Positions 27,460 to 36,733 of a stretch of 64,000 bases of DNA are shown one piece after another. A model generated the notes under the pieces. The model had not been told where the DNA came from. It saw only the letters and a list, made by a program, of their open reading frames with translations, and did not search any database. The position numbers were made by a program, and so were the translations under genes. Source of the stretch: Candidatus Levyibacteriota bacterium (GTDB taxonomy: Bacteria > Patescibacteriota > Microgenomatia > Levybacterales > UBA12049); contig PJMG01000002.1 of assembly GCA_003173895.1 (NCBI GenBank), positions 26,974-90,973 of the forward strand, given 5' to 3'. Position 1 is the first letter of the stretch. Each line of letters starts with the position of its first letter.

Positions 27460-28818
27460 ATGACTATTGATCCTAAAATTTTTAAAGCTTATGATATCAG
27501 AGCTGTTTATCCTACAGACTTAGATGAAGAAAAAACTTATGCTATAGTTCAAGCATATATAAAGTTATTTAAACCAAAAAAAGTAGTTTTAGGTAAAGAC
27601 GTTCGAGAATCGGGACCTTCACTTTTTGATGCAGCACTTCGTGCCTTTCTAGAGGCAGGCGTCAATGTTATTGATATTGGAACTGTTTCTACCGATGAAT
27701 ATTATTTCGCTGTCGGTTCTATAGATTGTGATGGTGGCATTACCATTTCTGCTTCTCATAACCCTCGGGAATATAATGGATTAAATTTTTGTCTAAGAGA
27801 TGCTGTCCCTTTATCTTCAGAGAATGGTCTTTTAGAAATCCGAGATTTAGTTCTTAAAGATACTACTCCTCTAGTATCTCAAACCAAAGGCACCGTAGAA
27901 AAGCAGGATATAACGGAAGCTTTTCTAAAAAAAGCTATTAGTTTTATAGACCCAACTAAACTTAAACCAATGAAAATTGTAGCTAATGGAAATTTTGGTG
28001 TAGACGTAATGCTATTAAAAAAAGCAATTGAAATGTTTAATTTACCTTTAACTATATTTCCAATTAATGAAAATCCTGATGGGACATTTCCTAAAGGTCC
28101 ACCTAATCCGTTACTTCCTGAAAATAGAACTGAAACATTAGAAATGATTAGAAAAACAGGTGCAGATTTAGCTGTTTCATGGGATGCTGATGGAGATAGA
28201 TGTTTTTTCGCCGATGAAACTGCTAATTTTATAGAAGGTTATTTCATCACAGCAGTTATAGCTCAGGAATTACTTCAAAAATATCCAGGAAGTAAAATAA
28301 TAATAGACCCAAGACTTACTTGGGCTACAACAGAAGCTATTACTAAAAACGGTGGAATCCCTATAGTTTGTAAACCTGGTATGACTATTATTGCGGCTCG
28401 TATGAAATCTGAAGATGCTTTGTTTGGTGGTGAAATGTCATCTCACTTTTATTTTAGAGATAATTATTATCGTGATAATGGTATTATTCCACTTCTTTTA
28501 ATTTTAGAAATTTTATCAGAAAAAAATACTACACTTTCTCAAATAGTAGCTCCATTTATTAACAAATATTTTATAACTGGCGAATTAAATTTCGAAACAG
28601 AGAAAAAAGATGAAATTATCGAAGCAACTAAAGAAAAATATTCTGATGGGAAACAAGAATTTATAGATGGACTTTCTGTAGAATATTCTGATTGGAGATT
28701 TAATTTAAGAAAATCTAATACAGAACCACTTCTTCGTTTAAACTTAGAAGCTTTATCTAAAGATAAAATGGAAGAAAAAAGAGACGAAATAGTTAACTTC
28801 ATAAAGTCTTTTAATTAA
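27460..28818 (+). CDS. Phosphomannomutase/phosphoglucomutase (alpha-D-phosphohexomutase)
   Basis: Active-site serine loop ISASHNPREYNG. Metal-binding loop DADGDRCF. Confidence 0.85.
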   Translation: MTIDPKIFKAYDIRAVYPTDLDEEKTYAIVQAYIKLFKPKKVVLGKDVRESGPSLFDAALRAFLEAGVNVIDIGTVSTDEYYFAVGSIDCDGGITISASHNPREYNGLNFCLRDAVPLSSENGLLEIRDLVLKDTTPLVSQTKGTVEKQDITEAFLKKAISFIDPTKLKPMKIVANGNFGVDVMLLKKAIEMFNLPLTIFPINENPDGTFPKGPPNPLLPENRTETLEMIRKTGADLAVSWDADGDRCFFADETANFIEGYFITAVIAQELLQKYPGSKIIIDPRLTWATTEAITKNGGIPIVCKPGMTIIAARMKSEDALFGGEMSSHFYFRDNYYRDNGIIPLLLILEILSEKNTTLSQIVAPFINKYFITGELNFETEKKDEIIEATKEKYSDGKQEFIDGLSVEYSDWRFNLRKSNTEPLLRLNLEALSKDKMEEKRDEIVNFIKSFN

Positions 28819-28819
28819 T

Positions 28820-29695
28820 ATGCACCAAATTTCTTGGGAAGATTCTATTTGGTTTTTCGATATTGATGACACCCTTATTACTACTACGACATCTGAGATT
28901 ACTCTTTTAGGTTCAAATGCTGTAAAAGATATGTTACTCAAACAATTTTCTGAGAAAGATGCAGAAAAATTAAGAAAAGATTTTGTTAATATTTTTAATA
29001 TTTTACTTGCGGGTCATAGGGGAAATCATACTCCTGAGTATCAGAATTTAATAAATAAAATTGATGCATATCAAGTGGATATAAAAAATGAATTTGGGGC
29101 TACTAAAAGATGGAGTCGAGAAATATTTCTAAAAATAGCTGCTGATAAAAATAATTTACAGATTCCTTCTGATTTATTAAATAAAACAATTAATTATTAT
29201 TGGAAATCTATTTCTGAAAATGCGGTAGTATTACCTCATGTAAAAGAGTTTATGGATTTATTAATTAAACATAATAAAAGAATTTATTTAGTTACAGGTA
29301 GTGATGCTAGGTTAGTTTTAAAAGATAATAATCAATTTTCTTATAATCCTATTTCTTCTGAGCAATTTAAACAAAGTCGCTTATTGCCCTTAAAAAATAA
29401 AGGTATTCCTTACACTTTTGCCTGTATTGGCGACCCAATCGATAAACCTCACAAAGTTTTATTTCAAAAGGCATTTCAAATGGCGCAGAAAGATTTAGGA
29501 CATAAAATTAATCCAAAGAGTGCCATTATAGTCGGGGATTCTTACTCCGCTGATTTAGCCACACCTCTGGAACAATTAAGCTTTGGCTTAGGAATACTAT
29601 ATAAAAACGGGCTAAAGAAAACAGAAGTTATAAGTGACAATCAAATAAATCTGGGAAACCTATTAGATATTACACAATTTTTAAAAACTCAGTGA
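28820..29695 (+). CDS. HAD-superfamily hydrolase
   Basis: Motif I is FFDIDDTLIT (DxDxT). Motif IV is IVGDSYSADL. Confidence 0.5.
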   Translation: MHQISWEDSIWFFDIDDTLITTTTSEITLLGSNAVKDMLLKQFSEKDAEKLRKDFVNIFNILLAGHRGNHTPEYQNLINKIDAYQVDIKNEFGATKRWSREIFLKIAADKNNLQIPSDLLNKTINYYWKSISENAVVLPHVKEFMDLLIKHNKRIYLVTGSDARLVLKDNNQFSYNPISSEQFKQSRLLPLKNKGIPYTFACIGDPIDKPHKVLFQKAFQMAQKDLGHKINPKSAIIVGDSYSADLATPLEQLSFGLGILYKNGLKKTEVISDNQINLGNLLDITQFLKTQ

Positions 29696-29743
29696 TCAAC
29701 TATTGCCTCTAAATACTAAATCCTTTATACTTAATACTAACTT

Positions 29744-30181
29744 ATGATTGATTTATCTAAGTTTAATAAAGCTACTTTTTCTACTCAACCTTACATAAAA
29801 AAAGTTGAAAAACCATGGGGATATGAACTTCACTGGGTACCAGAAGGCATGCCATATATGGGTAAAATACTCCATATTAATGCAGGTTGCAGACTTTCTC
29901 TTCAGGTTCATGATATCAAACAGGAATCCTACTGGCTTTTAAATGGGGATTGCGATCTCTTAATGGAAAATTCTCAAGGCGAAATGGAAGTAATTCATAT
30001 GCAAAAAGGCTTTGGTTATACTACTCATACAGGCCAAAAGCACCGCCACCAAGCAGTAACTGATTGTGACATAGTAGAAGTTTCCACTGCTGAGGCTGGA
30101 ACTACTGATAGATTAGAAGATGATTATGGTAGACCTGATGAAACTCCAGAGCAAAGAAAAATAGAACGTGGCGAAGTTTAA
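29744..30181 (+). CDS. Stand-alone cupin of the mannose-6-phosphate isomerase type II (ManC C-terminal domain) family
   Basis: KPWGYE...LSLQVHDIKQESYWLLNGDC matches the MannoseP_isomer signature RPWG...LSLQxHxxRxEHWxVVxG. Confidence 0.6.
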   Translation: MIDLSKFNKATFSTQPYIKKVEKPWGYELHWVPEGMPYMGKILHINAGCRLSLQVHDIKQESYWLLNGDCDLLMENSQGEMEVIHMQKGFGYTTHTGQKHRHQAVTDCDIVEVSTAEAGTTDRLEDDYGRPDETPEQRKIERGEV

Positions 30182-30183
30182 TT

Positions 30184-30999
30184 ATGAATTATTCACCTGA
30201 AGCAAATTTTTTTAAAACAATTGCTCCTCAAATCATTAATTATGTATCTTCAGAGCTAAAAAATGTCTCGATAGTTAAGCAAAAAAGTGAAAATTTAGGA
30301 GAAATGAATTTTGTTACTCAAATTGATATTGAAGTAGAAAAAATGATAGTTGCTAAAATAAAAAAAGATTTTTCTACAGATCTAATACTCGCTGAAGAAG
30401 AATATACTGATACTAAAATTCCGGAAAAAGGACGAATTTGGGTTATAGATCCTATTTGCGGGACTGGAAATCTAGGTCGACAAATCTTACTTTTTGCTAC
30501 CAATATTGCATTAATTGAAGATAATCAATTAGTTGCAGCATGTGTAGTAGATCACCAGCAAAAAACTTATTATTGGAGCACAAGAGATAACAAAATTTAT
30601 AAAGAAAATGAACTTTATGATACTTCTAAAAAAGCTACTGGCACTATAATTGAAGTTGATTTATTCGCAGCGCAAACCAGATATGATAAGAATCTAAAAA
30701 TAGAATACGCTAATTTTATTAAAGAGCTTTATACTCAAACAGATTATGCTCTAATCACCTATAATTCTTCTTTTGGGTTTACTTATGCAGCTATTGGAAA
30801 AATTGATGGTTATGTTAGTCCAGATCATAATTTATGGGATGTAGCAGCACCTAATTTTCTTATGCTACAGGCAGGTGGAACTCTAACAGATATAAATGGA
30901 AATCCATGGAATTTTAATGCTAGATCAGTAATCGCTGCTAAGGATCCAGAGATTCATAAAAAGTTATTAAAAATATATTTAGAAAGTAAAAAAAATTAG
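30184..30999 (+). CDS. Inositol monophosphatase family protein (IMPase/FBPase-like)
   Basis: WVIDPICGTGNL matches the IMPase W(I/V)DP(I/L)DGT motif. LAEEE is an upstream metal-binding motif. Confidence 0.7.
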   Translation: MNYSPEANFFKTIAPQIINYVSSELKNVSIVKQKSENLGEMNFVTQIDIEVEKMIVAKIKKDFSTDLILAEEEYTDTKIPEKGRIWVIDPICGTGNLGRQILLFATNIALIEDNQLVAACVVDHQQKTYYWSTRDNKIYKENELYDTSKKATGTIIEVDLFAAQTRYDKNLKIEYANFIKELYTQTDYALITYNSSFGFTYAAIGKIDGYVSPDHNLWDVAAPNFLMLQAGGTLTDINGNPWNFNARSVIAAKDPEIHKKLLKIYLESKKN

Positions 31000-31002
31000 C
31001 GC

Positions 31003-31251
31003 TTGCCCATTTTTTTAAATTGTTATAAATTATTAATTACTATGTTAACGAAAAAAAATTTAGAACAAATTAGAAATATCATTTCACAAGAGGTTGAAAC
31101 AAAGCTTAAAAATGAATTAAAACCAATTAAGAAAAAATTAAATAATGTTTCTCAAGATTTATCTTACGTCATAAAATCGTTTGATGAAAGGATTTCACAT
31201 AGTGAAAGAGATATCAACATTATTAAACATCACATAGGAGTAATTCACTAA
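31003..31251 (+). CDS. Small hypothetical protein (82 aa, helical)
   Basis: ORF only. Tight spacing with neighbouring genes. Confidence 0.25.
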   Translation: MPIFLNCYKLLITMLTKKNLEQIRNIISQEVETKLKNELKPIKKKLNNVSQDLSYVIKSFDERISHSERDINIIKHHIGVIH

Positions 31252-31256
31252 AAATC

Positions 31257-32177
31257 ATGAACATACCCGATTTAGATGAAATTGTTTTAGAAACTTTAGA
31301 TTTTTTTAGTAAAAATCCACCACCTTCATTTAATCCTAAAGATTATGATCTTCCCTTTGTAGTAGGTTCAGGTAATGCATATAATACTGGCCTTATTATC
31401 TTTTCTGAGCAAGCAGCTATATTTGCAGATGAAAGCAATTTTAGAACTATTCTTCCTGCATTTGAAAAAGCAGTAACTAACAAACTCATAACTCAAGCCG
31501 TAATTATTTCTGCTTCTGGAGGAAAAGATTCTGTATGGGAAATTGAATTAGCTAAAAAATATGGTTTACAAACTACTCTTATTACTACTAAAGCTGAATC
31601 TCAAGCAGCTAAAATAGCAGATAAAATATTTGCCTTTAAATCAATTGATGAACCTTATACATATAATACTTCCACATATATGGGAATGATTTTAGGCGCT
31701 ACTCATGAAAATATCACTAATATTCAAGGAGCGATAAAATCTCTCAAATTCCCAGAGAATTTTAATGAGTATAAAAGTTATTCATTTGTATTACCAGATA
31801 AATTTTCAGCTATTTGTCCCATGCTAGATATTAAACGTCATGAATTATTCGGACCACAGGTATCTTTACGTGCCTTCCCTGAAGGACATGCCAGACATGC
31901 CAAATTCGTAATTAGAACTAAAAACGAATTAGTAATCTCAATTAATGAAAAGAATGAATTTTTTGGTGATCCAGAAAGTCGTTGGAATATTAGCTTAGAT
32001 CAAAATGTTAACTTCGCTATGATAATGGCAGTTACTTACTATATAGTAGGTAAAATACAAAAATCTAAACCACCTTATTTTAAAGAAAATATAGGTAATT
32101 ACGTTTCTGATTATGGACCTAAAGCTTACGGGCCTACCACTGCTCCATTTGATTTAATCGTTCCAGGATCTAAGTAA
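31257..32177 (+). CDS. SIS-domain sugar-phosphate isomerase-like protein. It may be a bifunctional PGI/PMI-type enzyme.
   Basis: FVVGSGNAYNTG and AVIISASGGKDSVWEIELAKKYGLQTTLITT resemble the SIS fold. The length of about 300 aa fits. Confidence 0.45.
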   Translation: MNIPDLDEIVLETLDFFSKNPPPSFNPKDYDLPFVVGSGNAYNTGLIIFSEQAAIFADESNFRTILPAFEKAVTNKLITQAVIISASGGKDSVWEIELAKKYGLQTTLITTKAESQAAKIADKIFAFKSIDEPYTYNTSTYMGMILGATHENITNIQGAIKSLKFPENFNEYKSYSFVLPDKFSAICPMLDIKRHELFGPQVSLRAFPEGHARHAKFVIRTKNELVISINEKNEFFGDPESRWNISLDQNVNFAMIMAVTYYIVGKIQKSKPPYFKENIGNYVSDYGPKAYGPTTAPFDLIVPGSK

Positions 32178-32234
32178 TATTAGATGCCAATTAACCTCCT
32201 TGTAAAAAATAATTTAAACTTGTAATCTAATATT

Positions 32235-34064
32235 ATGGATGATTTTATACTCACATTTAATCACATTTCCAATATTGATAAGAACTATTTAGGAAAAGAA
32301 ATTATAGAACAATCTACATTAGAACATGAAGGAATTATTATCAGTCCATCTATTATTTTAACTAACTCTGCACTTCTCTATTTTTTAAAGCAACAAAATA
32401 TTTTAGAGACACTAAATAATGAAAAAAATATTAAAAAAATAAAAACCATTTTTCATGATGCTAAATTTCCTGAAAATTTAGCCAAAAGAATTTTGGCACA
32501 TTATCATAAATTAGCAGGAGCTATAAAGGAATCTGAACTTAAACTTACTCCTTTTATTATTTATGGAGATCATGAAAAAGAATTAAATTCCACAGTAACT
32601 AAAGGAGAAGCTAATTTAGTTTTAGAAATTAAAGAAGTTTGGAGAGAATTTTTAGAAAATAATTATGTTACATTTGAAAATAATTTTACAGATAATAGAC
32701 CTAAAATTGTTATATTAATACAGAAAAAACCTAAGTTGGATTTAAAAGGTGAAATTTATACATCTAAATTCTTTAGGAACAGAAAAGTTATTGAAATAAT
32801 ATTAACTATTAAAGGTAAAAATAAAAAAATCATTCTTGATAAGCAAAATGAAGAAATAATAGAAGGAGAACAACTTAAAATATATAAGAAATATTTAAAT
32901 CAAATTTTTAATACTGCTAATAAAATAGATAAGCTTTTATATTTACCTAAAAAATGTGACTTTTATATTGAAAAGAATAAATTATTTATTACTCAGATTC
33001 TAGATGATTCTAGCTTTAGTAAAACAGTCGTAGAATCTGAAAAAGAAGATAGATTAATTTTAAGTGGTGAAAATATAAAACCAGGTTTGGTAAGTGGGAA
33101 AGCAGTTGTTTTTAATCATAAAATAAATCAAGCTAAAAATATTTTAATTTTAGATTTTTTTGGTCGCGAGGATTTAAAATACTTTAAAAACGCACTGGGT
33201 TTAGTTTTAACTAAAAAAGAAAATATTAGTTTACTTGAGAATTTACAGTTACCAATCATTTTTAGTAAAGAAGCAAAAAATAAAATAAAAAATGAAGATT
33301 TAATTACTATAAATGGGACTACTGGTGAAATTTTTAAAGGTGGATATATTCATCCTAAAATAATTGCTACAAATAATTATAAAACTGCAACTAAAATTTT
33401 AGTTAATTTAAATGATGAAAATATTAGTGATCTTATAAGGAATTTTTCAGATGGGATTTTTTATGAATCTACTTTTCAACCAGTTTCTCATTTTGAAAAT
33501 TTATCAAATAATGTTAATAAAAAAATTATTTATAGTCTTATTTCTGATGATACAAATTTAGAAAAAGAGTTAAAGATAATAAAATTATTAAGAAATAAAA
33601 ACAGATTAAATAATATTTCCATCTCTATATCTAACGCAAATACTATTGATGAAATTATAAATAATAAAAAAATAATTGCAGCAAATGGACTTTATAGAAG
33701 TCATACATTTGAAGAATTTTTAAAAATAAAAACTATTTCCGAATGCGAATCTTTTACAGAAATTTTAAATTTAAACTTTGATGGAATAATTTTTGATTTA
33801 AAAACTTTAACAAATTATTATTTTGGTGAAGACTTAGAAATATTAAAAGATAATCCTGAATTTGAAAATTTTATTTTAGAAACTATAAAACACTTTTCCA
33901 AAGATAATTTAAAACTTTTTATAGACTTAACAAAAGTAAGTATTTCTCATTATTTTTTAAATAAACTTATAACTATTGGCTTAACTGGATTTTTAGTTAA
34001 TAAGAGTGACTTTATAGATAAAAAAACTAAAATAAGAACTATAGAAAAGAAATTACTAGAATAA
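32235..34064 (+). CDS. PEP-utilising enzyme / pyruvate-phosphate dikinase-like protein. It appears to lack the phospho-His.
   Basis: N-terminal NYLGKE...GIIISPSIILTNSA resembles PPDK_N. INGTTGEIFKGG resembles the PEP-utilisers mobile domain. The expected GGRTSHAAI box instead reads GREDLKYFKNAL. Confidence 0.4.
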   Translation: MDDFILTFNHISNIDKNYLGKEIIEQSTLEHEGIIISPSIILTNSALLYFLKQQNILETLNNEKNIKKIKTIFHDAKFPENLAKRILAHYHKLAGAIKESELKLTPFIIYGDHEKELNSTVTKGEANLVLEIKEVWREFLENNYVTFENNFTDNRPKIVILIQKKPKLDLKGEIYTSKFFRNRKVIEIILTIKGKNKKIILDKQNEEIIEGEQLKIYKKYLNQIFNTANKIDKLLYLPKKCDFYIEKNKLFITQILDDSSFSKTVVESEKEDRLILSGENIKPGLVSGKAVVFNHKINQAKNILILDFFGREDLKYFKNALGLVLTKKENISLLENLQLPIIFSKEAKNKIKNEDLITINGTTGEIFKGGYIHPKIIATNNYKTATKILVNLNDENISDLIRNFSDGIFYESTFQPVSHFENLSNNVNKKIIYSLISDDTNLEKELKIIKLLRNKNRLNNISISISNANTIDEIINNKKIIAANGLYRSHTFEEFLKIKTISECESFTEILNLNFDGIIFDLKTLTNYYFGEDLEILKDNPEFENFILETIKHFSKDNLKLFIDLTKVSISHYFLNKLITIGLTGFLVNKSDFIDKKTKIRTIEKKLLE

Positions 34065-34075
34065 TTTAAAGAATT

Positions 34076-35329
34076 ATGGCAAAAATTAAAAATATACAAG
34101 CTAGAGAAATTCTGGCTGCAGATACTAAACCTACTATAGAAGTTTTCGTAGAGTTAAATGACGGAACTATTGCTAAATCATCTTGCCCTATAGGCTATAA
34201 AGCAGGCGAATATGAATCTTTTTCTATGTTTGAAAGAGATGATAATGGAGAAATCTTAAGTGTTAAAAAAGTAATTGAAAATATTACTAATATTATCGCT
34301 CCCAAATTAATAGGCCAAGAAGCTTCTAAACAACAGCAAATTGATCACATGCTTATAGAATTGGATGGTACTCAAAATAAAATTAAGCTTGGGGCAAATG
34401 CTATGCTAGCTACTTCTCAAGCTATAGCTAAAGCCAGCGCTAAAGTAGCTAAATTACCTTTATTTTTATATTTAAGAGAATTTATATCTAAAAATCCTCA
34501 GATTAGAATTCCAACGACTATTTTTTCTGCTATCGCGGGTAGTAAAAAAGTAAATTCTAACATAGATTTTGAGGAAATTTTAGTTTTACCTACTAGCAGT
34601 TCTTCTTTAGAAAATTCTATTAAATTATATAAAAAAATTAATCAAAAAATTTTAGATTATCTAAAATCAAAAAATGAAAAATTTCTCATTTCGCCTAGAG
34701 GAGCTTATTCTCCTAATGCACAAACCAATGAAGAAAGTTTATCTATTTTAAAAGAAATTATTTCAGATTGTGGATATCAATTAGGTTTTGATTTATTTTT
34801 GGGTGTAGATGCTGCAGCGGATAATTTTTATGAAGCTAAAAAATATAAATTGGCTGATAGAGAATCTTCATTAGATGCTAAAAGTTTAATCTCCTTTTAT
34901 GAAAGTTTGGTAACTGATTATCATATTCTTTATTTAGAAGATCCTATTTATGAACAGGACTTAGAGAGCTGGCAAAATCTAACTAATTCTATTTCTAGAA
35001 GCACAATAGTAGTTTCTGATCGCATGACGGCTACAAATTTATATCGTCTTCAAATGGCTTTAGACAAAAAATCTATCACAGGTATGTCTATAAAACCCAT
35101 TCAAACTGGTACTGTTATAGAAGCTTTAGCGACAGCCGAAGTGGCTAAAGCAGCGGGTATTAAAATCGTAGTTTCTTCTAGAACTTTTGAAACTGATGAT
35201 GATTTTATAGCAGACTTCGCAGTAGCAGTAGGTGCAGATTATATAAAATTTGGAGCTCCCACCCGTGGGGAACATATAGCTAAATATAATAGGCTTTCTA
35301 AAATTGAAGAACAAATTAAGATGCTATAA
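34076..35329 (+). CDS. Enolase-family protein (divergent enolase homolog)
   Basis: Clear enolase blocks are present: MLIELDGTQNKIKLGANAMLA, LGVDAAADNFY, ILYLEDP, SIKPIQTGTV, TDDDFIADFAV and IKFGAPTRGEHIAKYNRLSKIEE. Several catalytic positions appear substituted, as detailed in the findings. Confidence 0.6.
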   Translation: MAKIKNIQAREILAADTKPTIEVFVELNDGTIAKSSCPIGYKAGEYESFSMFERDDNGEILSVKKVIENITNIIAPKLIGQEASKQQQIDHMLIELDGTQNKIKLGANAMLATSQAIAKASAKVAKLPLFLYLREFISKNPQIRIPTTIFSAIAGSKKVNSNIDFEEILVLPTSSSSLENSIKLYKKINQKILDYLKSKNEKFLISPRGAYSPNAQTNEESLSILKEIISDCGYQLGFDLFLGVDAAADNFYEAKKYKLADRESSLDAKSLISFYESLVTDYHILYLEDPIYEQDLESWQNLTNSISRSTIVVSDRMTATNLYRLQMALDKKSITGMSIKPIQTGTVIEALATAEVAKAAGIKIVVSSRTFETDDDFIADFAVAVGADYIKFGAPTRGEHIAKYNRLSKIEEQIKML

Positions 35330-35432
35330 GATTTTATAATTTTAATTCTTACTACAAGAAATTTAATCCCACAAAGCAAATTTATTTCATGTTGTCCTTT
35401 ACAGAACAATCCTATAATGTTATAATTGTCTC

Positions 35433-36716
35433 ATGCCAGAAGTCACTAGAAGAAAACTCATAACAGGAACTGCTCTTTCTATTATAGCAGCAGAAACAGG
35501 CGTTATTTTAGGACAAAATCTAGAAAGTAATGCAAATTTTATCTTACCTCGTGAAACTATTGAGACTAACTTTAAAGATGGTTTGGAGCCTTGGTTAGAC
35601 ACATTTAATAGTGTCTCTACTCTAAGACGAAAATTAGGTGCTACTCCATCCTACTTTTACTTACGAAACGGTTCAAATATTTATAATGGAGAAGCATTAT
35701 TAGCAAAGATTGCTAGAGGAATTGCATCTACTCAGGAAAAAAATCTTTTGGCAGATGGATGGTTTAAAGAAGATATTATTAAGGTTAAAAAGGGAGATAT
35801 AATGGTCGAAACAGATAATTATGACCCTTTACTGGATAATATACGTGAACAACAGATTGAAAGAGTTCGGAACACAATTCAAATTATAATACCACCTGAA
35901 ACTAAAAACCCAATAGAGTATGAAAAGCAAATCAGAGATGCTTTAGCAGATTTTGCTTATATTGCTCCACAAATGATAGAAATGCTACCTAATACCATTA
36001 AAATTAGAAATGATATGGGAGGTTTAACTTACTATGATCAGGAATTAGTAGAACTTCCTTCATTTGAGAATAAAGAAGATTTCTGGGTAGCTCTTATTCA
36101 TGAAGCTAGACACCGAATAGAGTTTGTTTTATTAGAACATAAAAATATACTAGTAAAAGAACGTGTGGCTCAATATTTTAATACTAAATTACATGCTATC
36201 GACAGAATAGCAGAAACTTATTTACGGGCTACATGGTCAGCAGCAGAATGGTTTAAATTTGGATTTAATGATTTTATTCCTTATGACTCAAATATAGTTA
36301 ATAGTAGATATATATCAAACTTAGAAAATTACTTTAAACAAAAATATAATATTAAGTTACTTCCTAAGTATGATGGTGAAAGCGATGGAAATAGATATAA
36401 TCAATTAATTCATGCTGTAGGACAATTAGCTCTTAAAAAACCTGAAATTTTAGCAGATGATAAAATTACTAGTTTAATGCAAGTATTAGTAGACGAAATT
36501 TTCCACTTCTTAGTAGGCCCTGTACAAGGATCCAAATCTATTGGATTACCTTCTGATAAGAATCCTATCTCGAATCCTATGCATCCATATAACACTGCTA
36601 ATTTAGAAACTCAGTGGGAAGCATGGAATACATTTGGAGGAATTGATCTAGGAGGATTAGATGATGATTTCTTTAGTTTGATAAGGAGACTTCTTAAACT
36701 GGATCCTTGGTCATAA
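35433..36716 (+). CDS. Putative Tat-secreted HExxH metallopeptidase-like protein
   Basis: N-terminal MPEVTRRKLITGTALSIIAAETG has a twin-arginine motif plus a hydrophobic region. An internal ALIHEARHRIEF segment carries HExxH. Confidence 0.4.
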   Translation: MPEVTRRKLITGTALSIIAAETGVILGQNLESNANFILPRETIETNFKDGLEPWLDTFNSVSTLRRKLGATPSYFYLRNGSNIYNGEALLAKIARGIASTQEKNLLADGWFKEDIIKVKKGDIMVETDNYDPLLDNIREQQIERVRNTIQIIIPPETKNPIEYEKQIRDALADFAYIAPQMIEMLPNTIKIRNDMGGLTYYDQELVELPSFENKEDFWVALIHEARHRIEFVLLEHKNILVKERVAQYFNTKLHAIDRIAETYLRATWSAAEWFKFGFNDFIPYDSNIVNSRYISNLENYFKQKYNIKLLPKYDGESDGNRYNQLIHAVGQLALKKPEILADDKITSLMQVLVDEIFHFLVGPVQGSKSIGLPSDKNPISNPMHPYNTANLETQWEAWNTFGGIDLGGLDDDFFSLIRRLLKLDPWS

Positions 36717-36733
36717 TTGACTACTGGAAAAAG

